Positions 17,761-27,483 of a stretch of 32,000 bases of DNA are shown here, in pieces. The stretch is from Ferroglobus placidus DSM 10642 (GTDB lineage Archaea; Halobacteriota; Archaeoglobi; Archaeoglobales; Archaeoglobaceae), in assembly GCF_000025505.1 (NCBI RefSeq), contig NC_013849.1:960001-992000 (forward strand). Reading direction: 5' to 3'. The notes beneath the pieces were generated by a model that saw only the letters and a list, made by a program, of their open reading frames with translations, was not told where the DNA came from and did not search any database. How positions within the stretch are numbered: position 1 is the first letter of the stretch; every line of letters begins with the position of its first letter. The position numbers were made by a program, and so were the translations under genes.

Positions 17761-19344
17761 ATGATTTTTAAAAGCTTGGACGGAAAGAGCTACGGAGCAT
17801 ATAAGAAGTTTTTGAGAGATGAAATCTTTTCCTTCGAAAACTTTTACTTTAAATTCACAAGAATTCAATCCGATCCGTACGCTCCTCCCTCCGTTGTCGA
17901 AGCAGTTTGCGACCACGAATTTTCGAAGGAGGTTGTAAAAAATAAGAATCCTTCGGAAGACTTCATCTACAGACATCTTTATTCTTCCCTGAAAAAGAGG
18001 AGTAAAAAGAGCGGAAGCGGAAACAGCGGGTATCTTGGCGTACCTAAACCGAGTAACTGCATTCTAAAGAGGAGTGCCGTCGAGTTTAAAGGCAAAAAGC
18101 TGATTCTTCGGTTTTTTGTAGGGCTCCCAGCTAAAGGGAGGAGAATAGACGGAAAAGAGGCTGAAAGAATTTTGAAGATAAGAATTCCAAAAGCTATAAG
18201 CGAAGTTCTCTCGATAAGCGAGGACTCTATTTTAGAGCAAGTAATGCTTTACAACGATCAGCAGCACATCAGAGAAGTCTTGAAGGAGAGAAATGCTGTG
18301 GCGTTTATAGCCGAGGGGAGCATACTTCCGAGGAGGGACAGTCTCTCCGAAGAGCCGATGAAAGGTGCGAAACCGTTCAGGTGTCAAGAAAGCGAGAGCC
18401 TGGAACTTCCGAGTGGAAAAGTTGTGAGAGGTTTGTTCATTCCTCAAGGCTTGACTGTAATAACCGGCGGCGCCTACCACGGAAAAACTACGATGCTTGA
18501 GGCGATACAGAGGGGAATATACAACCACGTTAGGGGAGACGGAAGAGAATTCGTCGTAGCGAGAGATTGCATTTTAATTTTCGCAGAAGACGGAAGATTC
18601 GTTAATAGCGTTGACATCTCAACTTTCATCGATAAATTGCCCTCTGGAGAGAATACGAGGTTTTTCTCTTCAAAAGACGCGAGCGGCTCGACAAGCATGG
18701 CATCAAGCATAGCTGAGGCTATAGAAGCTGGATTCGAAGCGATGCTCATCGATGAAGATACAAGCGCAACCAACTTGCTTTACAAAGACGAGGTCATGGA
18801 GAAGCTGATTAGAAAAGATCCGATAAAGCCTCTCTGCAACCAAATCAAAAGCATGATAGAGAAAACTGGTGTTAGCGTAATTCTTGTCTCCGGAGCCTCC
18901 TCAACGTACTTGCCCCTGGCAGACAAAATACTTTTAGTGGAGGAGTACGAGCCAAAAGCTCTGAAAGTTTCGTTTAGATCTAAGGCGGAAAAAGTGGAAT
19001 TCAAAGTGCCAAGGGAAAGAACCTTTCTCGGAATAAAAGGTTTGGGAAGAGTTAAAGTCAAAGGATTCCGAATAGTCCTCGAAATTTCAAACAGAAAATA
19101 CGAAATAGATCTATCAAAGAATCCAAGAATTGTGGAGGAAGGGCAGGTGAAGCTTATAGCGAGGGGAATAGAAAGGTTTGGAAGGGAAAAGACTAAAGCG
19201 AAAAAACTTGCAGAAAAGTTCAACGAAGCTTTAAAAGAAAAAGGCTTTGAGTTCTTTAAAAAGCCGGTCACTCCGGATTTAGCTGAAGTTGACGGAAAAG
19301 ACTTTCTATGGACTCTCAACAGGCTTCCAGCGGATTTCGGTTAA
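17761..19344 (+). CDS. Predicted ABC-class ATPase (COG3044-type)
   Basis: Walker A-like TVITGGAYHGKTTMLEAIQRGIYNHVRGDGREFVV, Walker B-like EAMLIDEDTSATNLL, VSGASSTYLPLADKILLVEEY. Confidence 0.85.
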   Translation: MIFKSLDGKSYGAYKKFLRDEIFSFENFYFKFTRIQSDPYAPPSVVEAVCDHEFSKEVVKNKNPSEDFIYRHLYSSLKKRSKKSGSGNSGYLGVPKPSNCILKRSAVEFKGKKLILRFFVGLPAKGRRIDGKEAERILKIRIPKAISEVLSISEDSILEQVMLYNDQQHIREVLKERNAVAFIAEGSILPRRDSLSEEPMKGAKPFRCQESESLELPSGKVVRGLFIPQGLTVITGGAYHGKTTMLEAIQRGIYNHVRGDGREFVVARDCILIFAEDGRFVNSVDISTFIDKLPSGENTRFFSSKDASGSTSMASSIAEAIEAGFEAMLIDEDTSATNLLYKDEVMEKLIRKDPIKPLCNQIKSMIEKTGVSVILVSGASSTYLPLADKILLVEEYEPKALKVSFRSKAEKVEFKVPRERTFLGIKGLGRVKVKGFRIVLEISNRKYEIDLSKNPRIVEEGQVKLIARGIERFGREKTKAKKLAEKFNEALKEKGFEFFKKPVTPDLAEVDGKDFLWTLNRLPADFG

Positions 19345-19374
19345 ATTTTTAAATCGTGAAATTATTCTAAAACT

Positions 19375-21126
19375 GTGGAAATTAGACCGCCCTTACTTCT
19401 CAGACACCTCTTGATTCTTTCGATAATTGTCGGGATTTTCTCCGGCTTAGCAGCCTTTGTCTTCTTCCTAATGCTTGACGTTTCCTCCGAATTTTTCTTT
19501 GAAGTTCTTGACTCCTTCAATCCACCAGCTCCGAAAGGGGAAACGAGCTTGGACTTCTTCAGCGTAAAGCTCGGCATATTTCCCCTATGGATCCTCCCGG
19601 CAATAGGTGGTTTGCTGAGCGGAGTGATAGTTTACAAGCTCGCTCCAGAAGCTGAGGGACACGGGACAGATGCAGTAATAAGAGCCTTTCACAGGCTGAG
19701 AGGAAAGGTTAGGTGGAGAGTTCCATTTGTGAAGGCTGTTGCTTCGGCAATAACGATAGGAAGTGGAGGAAGTGCCGGAAGAGAAGGACCGATAGCGCAA
19801 ATAGGTTCTGGAGTTGGAGCAATTTTGGCTGATATCTTAAAGCTTTCCGACAAAGACAGGAGAATTTTACTCGTTTGCGGAGTTGCCGGAGGGATAGGAA
19901 GTATTTTCAGAGCTCCCTTCGGAGGAGCTTTGTTCGGAGTTGAGGTGCTGTATAAAAGAGATGCGGAGCTCGACGCTATAATCCCCGCTTTCGTGTCATC
20001 AATAACCGCTTTTACCGTTTTCGAAGTTTTGATGAGCCACGTTACGGAGTTAAAATTTGCGTCAACCCCAATTTTCATAGCAACAGACGTGGGTTTGCAA
20101 AGTCCGGTAGAGCTTTTCTTCCACTCACTAACGGGAATTCTGGCTGCGGGGGTTGCGATAGCTTACGTTAAATGCTTTTACTCGATCCACAATCTTTTCA
20201 GGAGGTTAAAAGCACCGAACATTCTTAAACCCTTCGTAGGCGGGATAATCACCGGAGCTATAGGTGTTTTCGTTCCTCAGGCTTTGGGAATGAGCTACGG
20301 ATACGTTCAGCTTGCAATAGACGGAAAGCTCGTGATGAGCGTCGCTTTGCTAATCCTCTTCGGAAAGATCTTGGCAACGTCCTTTACAGTTGGTAGCGGA
20401 GGTAGTGGAGGAGTTTTCGCTCCTTCTATAGTCATAGGAAGCATGCTCGGAGCCGTTGTGGGAGATTTGGCGAGCAACTTCGCCATCACCGGAGCGAAAT
20501 CTAATTTCGTTCTCGTAGGTATGTCCGCATTTATTTCCGCCGTAGCTAAAACACCATTAGCTTCAATCATGATGGTTCTTGAGATGACCGGAAGCTACAA
20601 GCTCCTTCCAGCTCTGATGCTCGCTTCGACACTCTCCTACTATTTAAGCGGTGACGTTTCCATCTACAGCGAGCAAGTTAATTCGAGGGTGGAATCTCCG
20701 GCTCACAGAAGGGAGATGACCGTCGATGTTCTCGAAAACATAAAAGTAAAAGAGGCTATGACTCCAGCAGACAAAGTTATGACACTCTCTCCGAAAAACA
20801 CGATCTCAGACGTTCTGCTGGCAATAAACTCCACCGGACACCTCGGCTATCCAGTTGTGGAAAACGGAAAACTCGTAGGAATTATAACCCTTGAAGACGT
20901 TTTGCGAGTTCCAGAGGAGAAAAGAGATAGCGTGAAGGTTGAAGAAGTCATGACGAAAGAAGTGATTACGATTTCTCCTGAGGCATCTCTGGAAGACGCT
21001 TTACGACTTCTTGAAAAATACAAAATTGGAAGGCTGCCGGTCGTTGAAGACTCGAAGCTCGTAGGATTGATAACGAGGTCGGATATTATCAGAGCCCACG
21101 CGAAGGCGATTTCCAGTATTTCTTAA
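19375..21126 (+). CDS. ClC-family chloride channel/transporter with C-terminal CBS pair
   Basis: GSGGSAGREGPIAQIGSG, FRAPFGGALFGVEV, TVGSGGSGGVFAPSIVIG, and two CBS domains (VKEAMTPADKVMTL..., VEEVMTKEVITIS...). GTG start. Confidence 0.93.
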   Translation: MEIRPPLLLRHLLILSIIVGIFSGLAAFVFFLMLDVSSEFFFEVLDSFNPPAPKGETSLDFFSVKLGIFPLWILPAIGGLLSGVIVYKLAPEAEGHGTDAVIRAFHRLRGKVRWRVPFVKAVASAITIGSGGSAGREGPIAQIGSGVGAILADILKLSDKDRRILLVCGVAGGIGSIFRAPFGGALFGVEVLYKRDAELDAIIPAFVSSITAFTVFEVLMSHVTELKFASTPIFIATDVGLQSPVELFFHSLTGILAAGVAIAYVKCFYSIHNLFRRLKAPNILKPFVGGIITGAIGVFVPQALGMSYGYVQLAIDGKLVMSVALLILFGKILATSFTVGSGGSGGVFAPSIVIGSMLGAVVGDLASNFAITGAKSNFVLVGMSAFISAVAKTPLASIMMVLEMTGSYKLLPALMLASTLSYYLSGDVSIYSEQVNSRVESPAHRREMTVDVLENIKVKEAMTPADKVMTLSPKNTISDVLLAINSTGHLGYPVVENGKLVGIITLEDVLRVPEEKRDSVKVEEVMTKEVITISPEASLEDALRLLEKYKIGRLPVVEDSKLVGLITRSDIIRAHAKAISSIS

Positions 21127-22309
21127 GCACTTCCAGCGCCACGAGACTCTCGCCACTAAGAAATCTTATGCTCGCTCCCCCTCCGGTGGAAATGTGGTCT
21201 ATTTTCCTCGCTATTCCGAAGAGCCTTGCTGCCGTAGCTATGTGACCACCACCAACGACGGAATAGCCTGCTTTAGCCACAGCCTTTAAAACTTCCGCCG
21301 TACCTGTTGCGAAAGCTTCTTCCTCGAAAACTCCAGCGGGACCGTTTATAACAGCTATGTCGTACTTTGGAATTTCCTCAGCAAGCATCGAGATTGTTTC
21401 GAATCCTATGTCCTTTATCATCCCTCCTTTGAACTCTTCAAGCTTCACGTCCTCCCTCTCGCCGTTCGCATCAATCGCAACGTCAACGGGGAGAATTATC
21501 TTGTCCTTATACTTTTCAAGGAGCTTCTTCATCTCCTCATCATTCACTCCGTCCTTGTTCTCCTCTATAATTTTCTCGTTCTCCTCCCCAAGCTTGAATC
21601 CTGAAAGCTTTAAGAAGTAGTTCGCCACAACTCCGGTCAAAGCGACCTTATCTGCTATTCCGTTCTCAAGGACGTTTTTCAAAACCTTAACAGAATCCTC
21701 TATTTTCGCTCCTCCGAGAATGAATATTTTTCTTCCTTCACTCCTCAAAGCTTTCGATAAAGCTTTGACTTCCTTTTCAACAAGCCTTCCAGCCACGGAC
21801 GGCATTACGGGAGGAAAGCCGATTAAACTTGCGTGAGGTCTGTGAGAGGCTGAAAAAGCGTCGTTAACATAAAGATCGAAGAGGGGAGCAAGCTTTCTAA
21901 CCATTATGCAGTTAGCGTGCTCTTCAGGAGACCTTTTGAGCTGTTCTTCGGAGTAAAACCTGACGTTTTCGAGAAGAACAATTTCTCCAGGTTTCAACCT
22001 CTTAACTCTTTTTATTACGCACGAAGAGAAGATCTCGTCGAGATACTCAACTTCCCTTCCAACTATTCTCTCAAGAACTTCCGCATGAGCTTCGAGGGTC
22101 GTGAAATCATCCTTACCCGGACGACTTTGGTGAGCTAATATTGCCACGGCAGAATTTTCCAGCTCTTTTAGGGTTTCGTAGTGACTTTCAAACCTCGTCG
22201 TGTCGAGGATCCTTGATTCCACAATGGGAGAGTTTATGTCGACCCTGAGAAGAACCTTCTTTCCAGAATACTGAATGTCGTCAAGAGTAGGGATTCCGTC
22301 TAACATCAA
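21089..22309 (-). CDS. pgk: Phosphoglycerate kinase
   Basis: VLLRVDINSPI, LAHQSRPG, LLENVRFYSEE, VNDAFSASHRPHAS, GGAKIEDS, GPAGVFE, VVGGGHIATA, STGGGASIRFL. Confidence 0.95.
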   Translation of the reverse strand: MMLDGIPTLDDIQYSGKKVLLRVDINSPIVESRILDTTRFESHYETLKELENSAVAILAHQSRPGKDDFTTLEAHAEVLERIVGREVEYLDEIFSSCVIKRVKRLKPGEIVLLENVRFYSEEQLKRSPEEHANCIMVRKLAPLFDLYVNDAFSASHRPHASLIGFPPVMPSVAGRLVEKEVKALSKALRSEGRKIFILGGAKIEDSVKVLKNVLENGIADKVALTGVVANYFLKLSGFKLGEENEKIIEENKDGVNDEEMKKLLEKYKDKIILPVDVAIDANGEREDVKLEEFKGGMIKDIGFETISMLAEEIPKYDIAVINGPAGVFEEEAFATGTAEVLKAVAKAGYSVVGGGHIATAARLFGIARKIDHISTGGGASIRFLSGESLVALEVLKKYWKSPSRGL

Positions 22310-22339
22310 GTGGAAAATAAAAAAGAGTGTTATTAAAGC

Positions 22340-22612
22340 TTACTCCTTTTTAGCCAGAACGATTTCTATAGCCGAGATGTTCGCCTCTCCCTGCTCGCTC
22401 TCAACCTTCTCGGTGGAGATCTTTATGTCCTTCACGTCCACGTCAGGGAGAAATCTCTTCCTCACTATTTCCGCTACGTCAACTGCTCTGCTTATGGCTC
22501 TCCCTCTCGCTTTAATTGCAACTTCCTTCGCTCCGCTGTTGAATTGCGTCAAAACAGCCAAAACGTAGTTCATTACAGGCTTGTTCCCAACAAACACAGC
22601 ATTTTCTGCCAC
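22340..22612 (-). CDS. albA: DNA/RNA-binding protein Alba
   Basis: [54 protein letters not shown] start with SD gaggaggg. Confidence 0.95.
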   Translation of the reverse strand: MAENAVFVGNKPVMNYVLAVLTQFNSGAKEVAIKARGRAISRAVDVAEIVRKRFLPDVDVKDIKISTEKVESEQGEANISAIEIVLAKKE

Positions 22613-22652
22613 ACTATCCCCTCCTCGTTTTTACTTAGCCGACAAGATACCA

Positions 22653-23681
22653 CTATATAATCTTTTCCTTAACGAGCAACTCAGCGTTAAGTATGCTCGC
22701 TCCAGCAGCACCCCTCACAGTGTTGTGTCCGAGAACTATGTACTTTATTCCGCTCACGTCCTTTCTAATTCTTCCTACAACGACACTCATGCCTCTTCCG
22801 GCGTTTCTGTCAAGCCTTGGCTGTGGTCGATCAGCCTCTTCTCTAATAATTATCAGCTTTTCCGGAGAAGATGGCAGATCCAAGGGTTTAAAGTTCTCAA
22901 AAGCCTCCCTAACTTCCTCAACGGTAACTTCTCTATCGAACCTCGCAAAAACAGCTTCCGTGTGTCCATCAATCACCGGAACTCTGTGGCAGGAAGCAGA
23001 AATTTTCAGATCCGCAAATCTGACTTTGTTCCCCTCAAGCTTTCCGAGAATTTTCAGTGGCTCGCTCTCGACTTTCTCCTCTTCCCCTTTTATGAAGGGT
23101 ATTATGTTGTCGGTTATGTCGAGAGAGGCTACTCCCGGGTATCCCGCTCCGCTCAAAGCCTGCATTGTAGCCACGTTAACTTCTCTCAAACCCAGATCCA
23201 TGAGAGGCTTTAGAGTTAAAGTTAGAATTATCGTCGTGCAGTTTGGATTCGTGACTATAAAACCATCCCATCCCCTGTTCTTCTTCTGAACGTCTATCAA
23301 AGCCAAGTGATCAGCGTTTATCTCCGGTATTATAAGAGGAACGTCTTCTTCCATTCTGTAGGCTGAAGCGTTGCTCGCAACGACAAAACCAGCTTCAGCG
23401 AACTTCTTCTCAACTTCTCTCGCAACGTCAGATGGTAAAGCGGAGAAAACTATGTCGGCGTCAAACTCCTTCGGATCCATCGGCAAAAGTTCGAGATCTC
23501 TTACTTCCTTCGGAACGTCTTGAGAAACTATCCATCTCACCTCTTCACCGTACTTCTTACCGATTCTTCGCTCGCTCGCAGCTAAGCTCGTAATTTTAAA
23601 CCACGGGTGCTCCGATAAAAGTTCGATGAATTTCTGTCCGACCATCCCCGTCGCTCCGAGAATTCCTACTTTGAGCTTCAT
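22653..23681 (-). CDS. asd: Aspartate-semialdehyde dehydrogenase
   Basis: [66 protein letters not shown]. Confidence 0.95.
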   Translation of the reverse strand: MKLKVGILGATGMVGQKFIELLSEHPWFKITSLAASERRIGKKYGEEVRWIVSQDVPKEVRDLELLPMDPKEFDADIVFSALPSDVAREVEKKFAEAGFVVASNASAYRMEEDVPLIIPEINADHLALIDVQKKNRGWDGFIVTNPNCTTIILTLTLKPLMDLGLREVNVATMQALSGAGYPGVASLDITDNIIPFIKGEEEKVESEPLKILGKLEGNKVRFADLKISASCHRVPVIDGHTEAVFARFDREVTVEEVREAFENFKPLDLPSSPEKLIIIREEADRPQPRLDRNAGRGMSVVVGRIRKDVSGIKYIVLGHNTVRGAAGASILNAELLVKEKII

Positions 23682-23719
23682 GCTTGAAAGAAAGCTGGCG
23701 TGTTTAAAACATTAACCTT

Positions 23720-24808
23720 TCAGAATTTCGCGAAAAGATAGACGAAAGCTGAGATTAAGGAGAGAATCGATGCAAAAATGAAAGCTGCGTCGAGGCTGAA
23801 CAGTTCGGCTAAAGCTCCGGCTATGACATTTCCAACAACTATCGCAGTTCCAAAGCTCAAGTGATACGCTCCAAGTCCGAATCCCTGAGATTTGGATAAA
23901 TCGGAAGCTAAAGCCCTCTGCTGAGCCTCGCTTACGCTCATGAAAATTCCGTAGAGAATGAATGCAACAACAAAGAAAAGGGGATTTTTGAGAGTCATTA
24001 GGAAGAGAGATGCTGAGAAGACGAGATAAGAGAAGCCAACAACCTTGCTCTTTCCGAACTTATCCGCCAGTATACCGGCTGGATAGGAGTAGAGAGAATA
24101 AACTACATTAAATAATAAATATAATAGGAAGGCTACTTCAACACTTATTACCGAAGCTCTTATCAAAAAGAACATGTAACTCAGATGACACAATCCGGAA
24201 AGAAAAGCCACAAATAAGTACTTTTTCAGCTTCACTCCAACTTCCACCTTTTTAGGGGCGAATTCTCCGGTGTCTCTAACGAAGAAAATTGGGATTACAG
24301 CAAAAAACCCTATTGCTGCTGCAACAAGAATAGGCGTTTGGAAGTTCTTCAGAGATGTGTAGAGGAGTATAGCGATTAAAGTTCCGACCACAGCTCCAGC
24401 CGTGTCCATCGCTCTATGGAAGCCGAAGGCTTTTCCTCTCTCCTTGGAAGATTCGGCAATTATCGCATCCCTCGGAGAAGTTCTTATCCCCTTTCCGATT
24501 CTGTCCAAAATAACGAATCCCGAAACCTCTCCAGTTGATGAAGAAATGCCTATTCCGAGTTTTGAAATTTGGGAAAGGAGGTATCCTAAAAACACCAGCG
24601 GCTTTCTCCTCCTGAATACATCGGAGAGGTATCCTGAGAAAAGCTTTACAACGTTCCCAAAACCATCCAGCAATCCTCCGACGATGCCTATTCCGAGGGC
24701 TGTGGCGTTCATGCTCTTAAGGAAGAAGGGTAAAAGAGGGTGAATTATCTCGCTGCTTAAGTCGTTCAGAAAACTAACTATGCCGAGCAGCGTTATGTTC
24801 CTCTTCAT
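23720..24808 (-). CDS. MFS transporter
   Basis: NDLSSEIIHPLLPFFLKS, YLSDVFRRRKPLV, RIGKGIRTSPRDAIIAES...GKAFGFHRAMDTAGAV. Twelve hydrophobic segments estimated. Confidence 0.92.
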   Translation of the reverse strand: MKRNITLLGIVSFLNDLSSEIIHPLLPFFLKSMNATALGIGIVGGLLDGFGNVVKLFSGYLSDVFRRRKPLVFLGYLLSQISKLGIGISSSTGEVSGFVILDRIGKGIRTSPRDAIIAESSKERGKAFGFHRAMDTAGAVVGTLIAILLYTSLKNFQTPILVAAAIGFFAVIPIFFVRDTGEFAPKKVEVGVKLKKYLFVAFLSGLCHLSYMFFLIRASVISVEVAFLLYLLFNVVYSLYSYPAGILADKFGKSKVVGFSYLVFSASLFLMTLKNPLFFVVAFILYGIFMSVSEAQQRALASDLSKSQGFGLGAYHLSFGTAIVVGNVIAGALAELFSLDAAFIFASILSLISAFVYLFAKF

Positions 24809-24860
24809 TCAACAAACACCCACACTTAAGCTTTTTAATTGTGACTCTTTTGCAGATTTA

Positions 24861-25844
24861 ATGAAGCTAACAATCGACAATCCGATACTCTACCACATTC
24901 TCAAAATTCTGGCGAATTCCAACATGCCCCTCGGAGCGAAAAGCATTTCGGAAAAACTCGAAGAAAGAGGATTTCACGTGAAAAAGGAAACCGTGCAGTA
25001 TTATTTAAAGCTACTCGACGAACTCGGGCTTACGAAGAAAGTTGGGCTGGCTGGGAGAATTATATCGAAGAAGGGACTGGAAGAGGTTAAAAAAGGGATG
25101 GTTAGAGAGAGAATAGGCTCGTTCATAGAGCTTAGGGAGGAGTACGCTTACAACGCTAACTTCGATCCCTTTAAAAGAAAAGGACTCGTAAGCCTGAACA
25201 TTGGAATAATAAGAAAAAGAGATCTTGAAAAATCTCTTGAGCTGATAAAAGCGTGCATGGATGCTAAACTTGCTGTAAGCAGATTCGTAAAAATTTACGA
25301 GAGAGAGGCGGGAAACACAAAAATTCCGAAGGGGAAAGTCGGGATAGGTTTGGTCAGTACCTCAGTAGTTGACGCGGCGCTAATAGGAAGTAGAATAAGC
25401 TCCTTTCCAACATTTGCTGGGATTTTGCAGTATTCTGACTGGAAACCCCTTCGCTTTGTTCACGCAATCTCCTACTACGGCTCAACTCTCGATCCGATAG
25501 ATCTTTTCATAAGAAGCGGATTTTGCAGCGTTAAGGATGCTGTAGAAAGAGGAAACGGAAACGTTCCGGCAGATGTAAGAGAGATTCCACTTGTTTTAAG
25601 AAAAAGGGCTGTAGAAATTATCGAACAACTTGAAAAAATTGGAATAAATGGAGCAGTTTACGTAAGCGGTGCTGAAAACGATGCTCTTGGCATTCCAGTA
25701 AACAACTATAAAGCCGGAGTTGTTGTAATAGCTGGATCAACCCCGTTGGTTTATCTGAAAGAGAAGGGAATTGACGTGGAGATAAAGATTTTAGCAGCCT
25801 TTGAAAGAATCGAAAACCTTGAAGAGATAGATTCTTTAATGTAA
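24861..25844 (+). CDS. nrpR: NrpR-type transcriptional repressor (HTH_12 + single NrpR/DUF128 domain)
   Basis: ILKILANSNMPLGAKSISEKLEERGFHVKKETVQYYLKLLDELGLT, GRIISKKGLEEV, GKVGIGLVSTSVVDAALI, YYGSTLDPIDLFIRSGFCSV, GNGNVPADVREIP. Start likely ATG 24861 rather than 24780. Confidence 0.86.
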   Translation: MKLTIDNPILYHILKILANSNMPLGAKSISEKLEERGFHVKKETVQYYLKLLDELGLTKKVGLAGRIISKKGLEEVKKGMVRERIGSFIELREEYAYNANFDPFKRKGLVSLNIGIIRKRDLEKSLELIKACMDAKLAVSRFVKIYEREAGNTKIPKGKVGIGLVSTSVVDAALIGSRISSFPTFAGILQYSDWKPLRFVHAISYYGSTLDPIDLFIRSGFCSVKDAVERGNGNVPADVREIPLVLRKRAVEIIEQLEKIGINGAVYVSGAENDALGIPVNNYKAGVVVIAGSTPLVYLKEKGIDVEIKILAAFERIENLEEIDSLM

Positions 25845-25927
25845 AGTCTAAAATCTTCCAAATTTTTTATCGCAAATTTTAAATACCTATAATTTTCTCT
25901 ACATTTTTAAACCTCCAGGTGACTTAC

Positions 25928-25978
25928 ATGTTTGCAAGCGATTTTTTGAAGAGCCTTGGAGGATCTGAGGTGGTTTGA
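25928..25978 (+). CDS. Putative 16-aa leader ORF MFASDFLKSLGGSEVV upstream of the TAXI gene
   Basis: SD-like aggtga 5 nt before ATG 25928. Stop TGA overlaps the ATG at 25978 (TGATG). Confidence 0.4.
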   Translation: MFASDFLKSLGGSEVV

Positions 25979-27024
25979 TGAGGTCGAAGGTAATTTTGAG
26001 CCTGATATTGGTTCTTGCAATTGGCGTAGCATTTGCTGGATGCGCCGGAGAGAAGCAAGCAGCCAAACCGGAAAAAACTCCAGAGAAAGCTGAAGGAATT
26101 AAAATCCCGAAAACTGAAGACGGAAAGTACATAGTAACTATATACACCGGCTCTGGTCCCGGAAGCGTTTACTTCGCTGTCGGTTCCATGTTTGCGAAGG
26201 TTTTGAATAAGAAGAGCGACTTGATCGAAGCTAAAGGAGTAACGAGCGGAGCAAGCGTTGCCAATGCGAAGGCTATAGGGAAAGGAGAAGCTTTAGCTGC
26301 GATAATCCAGAACGATGTTACTTACTACGCTTGGAACGGAAAGTTCCAGTTTGAGGGTAAGCCGATAAAAGAGCTTAGAGGAATAGGAACCCTTTATCCT
26401 GAACCCGTGCAGATAGTTGTTAGAGCTGATAGCGACATATACACTCTCGAAGATTTAAGGGGTAAGAAGGTTGTTGTTGGAGCGGCTGGAAGTGGAGTTG
26501 CCGCAACGGCAGAAAGAGTTTTGAAAGCTGCTGGAGTATGGGACGATATCGAGCCAGTCTACCAAACGTTCAGTGAAGCTGCCCAAAGTCTCGTTCTTGG
26601 ACAAGTAGACGCGGAATTCACGGTAATTGCTTATCCAGCTCCAGCTATAGACCAGATTGCCGTTAAAGTTCCTGTAAGATTGATTCCGATTCCTGACGAA
26701 GTCATTCAGAAGCTCCACGATGAAGGATATCCGTTCTACGTAAAAGTTGTTGTTCCAGCCAACACCTACAACGGGCAAACTGAAGACGTGCAAACGATAG
26801 CTGTGAAGGCAACTCTGGCTGTTCACAAAGACTTGCCAGAGGAAGTTGTTTACGAGATGACAAATGTCCTCTACGAAAACATAGATGAGCTCGCAAAAGC
26901 GCACCAGGTTGCAAAGCAAATAGATATGAATAAAGCCTTTGAAGGACTGATGATTCCGCTCCACCCCGGAGCAGTAAAGTACTACGAAGAGAAAGGGATC
27001 AAAGTTCCAGAAAACCTGAGGTGA
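25978..27024 (+). CDS. TAXI-family TRAP transporter solute-binding lipoprotein
   Basis: Lipobox VAFAGC, ITIYTGSGPGSVYFAVGSMFAKVLNK, VTSGASVANAKAIGKGEALAAIIQNDV, LRGKKVVVGAAGSGVAATAERVLKAAG. Confidence 0.93.
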   Translation: MRSKVILSLILVLAIGVAFAGCAGEKQAAKPEKTPEKAEGIKIPKTEDGKYIVTIYTGSGPGSVYFAVGSMFAKVLNKKSDLIEAKGVTSGASVANAKAIGKGEALAAIIQNDVTYYAWNGKFQFEGKPIKELRGIGTLYPEPVQIVVRADSDIYTLEDLRGKKVVVGAAGSGVAATAERVLKAAGVWDDIEPVYQTFSEAAQSLVLGQVDAEFTVIAYPAPAIDQIAVKVPVRLIPIPDEVIQKLHDEGYPFYVKVVVPANTYNGQTEDVQTIAVKATLAVHKDLPEEVVYEMTNVLYENIDELAKAHQVAKQIDMNKAFEGLMIPLHPGAVKYYEEKGIKVPENLR

Positions 27025-27036
27025 GGTGTTAGCTGG

Positions 27037-27483
27037 TTGAATAAAAAACTTCCAATCTTATTTTTATTGTCTCTATTTATTCTAATTGCCCTTCAACCAG
27101 TTCGTGTGCTGGAGGTGAAATTTGACGATTATGCGTTAATCATCCCTCTCTCCTCAACTCTGCTTCTTTCCGTAGAATACGTTCACAGCGTATCCCTGAC
27201 TAAAGTTATCGACGTTTATATGGTAAACGAAAGCGGAATTTATTTCGTCGAGACGAAATGGCAGGAATTTGAGGCTGGTCAACCTTTAAACGGTAGCGTT
27301 GAGGGAAAGTTCTTCGTCAAAAAAGCGAACAAATACCTCGGAAAGGAATGGAAGTACTGGTTTATTCCTCTGAACAACTTTACGATCAAAGTTGGTAAAA
27401 GCGTTTTTCATCAACCAAATGGGGAAGGATTTCTCGAATTTAGAGTTAAAACGGTTCCAGCATTTAAACTCATAACAGGGTGA
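27037..27483 (+). CDS. DUF1850-like small protein of TAXI-TRAP operons
   Basis: N-terminal TM, LSVEYVHSVSLTKVIDVY...GIYFVETKWQEFEAG. Located between the binding protein and fused permease. TTG start. Confidence 0.8.
   Translation: MNKKLPILFLLSLFILIALQPVRVLEVKFDDYALIIPLSSTLLLSVEYVHSVSLTKVIDVYMVNESGIYFVETKWQEFEAGQPLNGSVEGKFFVKKANKYLGKEWKYWFIPLNNFTIKVGKSVFHQPNGEGFLEFRVKTVPAFKLITG

Noticed and set aside
18780-19319. 179-aa reverse ORF opposite the COG3044-type ATPase
   Set aside because: Shadow ORF, Ser/Phe-rich, no domain signal.
21089-21126. Convergent 3' overlap of the ClC gene and pgk as a special regulatory device
   Set aside because: Short tail-to-tail overlaps are common in compact archaeal genomes; there is no further evidence.
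22693-23289. Long forward ORF (198 aa) opposite asd
   Set aside because: Antisense shadow of a confidently identified gene. Low-complexity Ser/Thr/Pro-rich translation without motifs.
26455-26964. 169-aa reverse ORF opposite the TAXI gene
   Set aside because: Antisense to a well-supported coding gene, with no recognisable domain.
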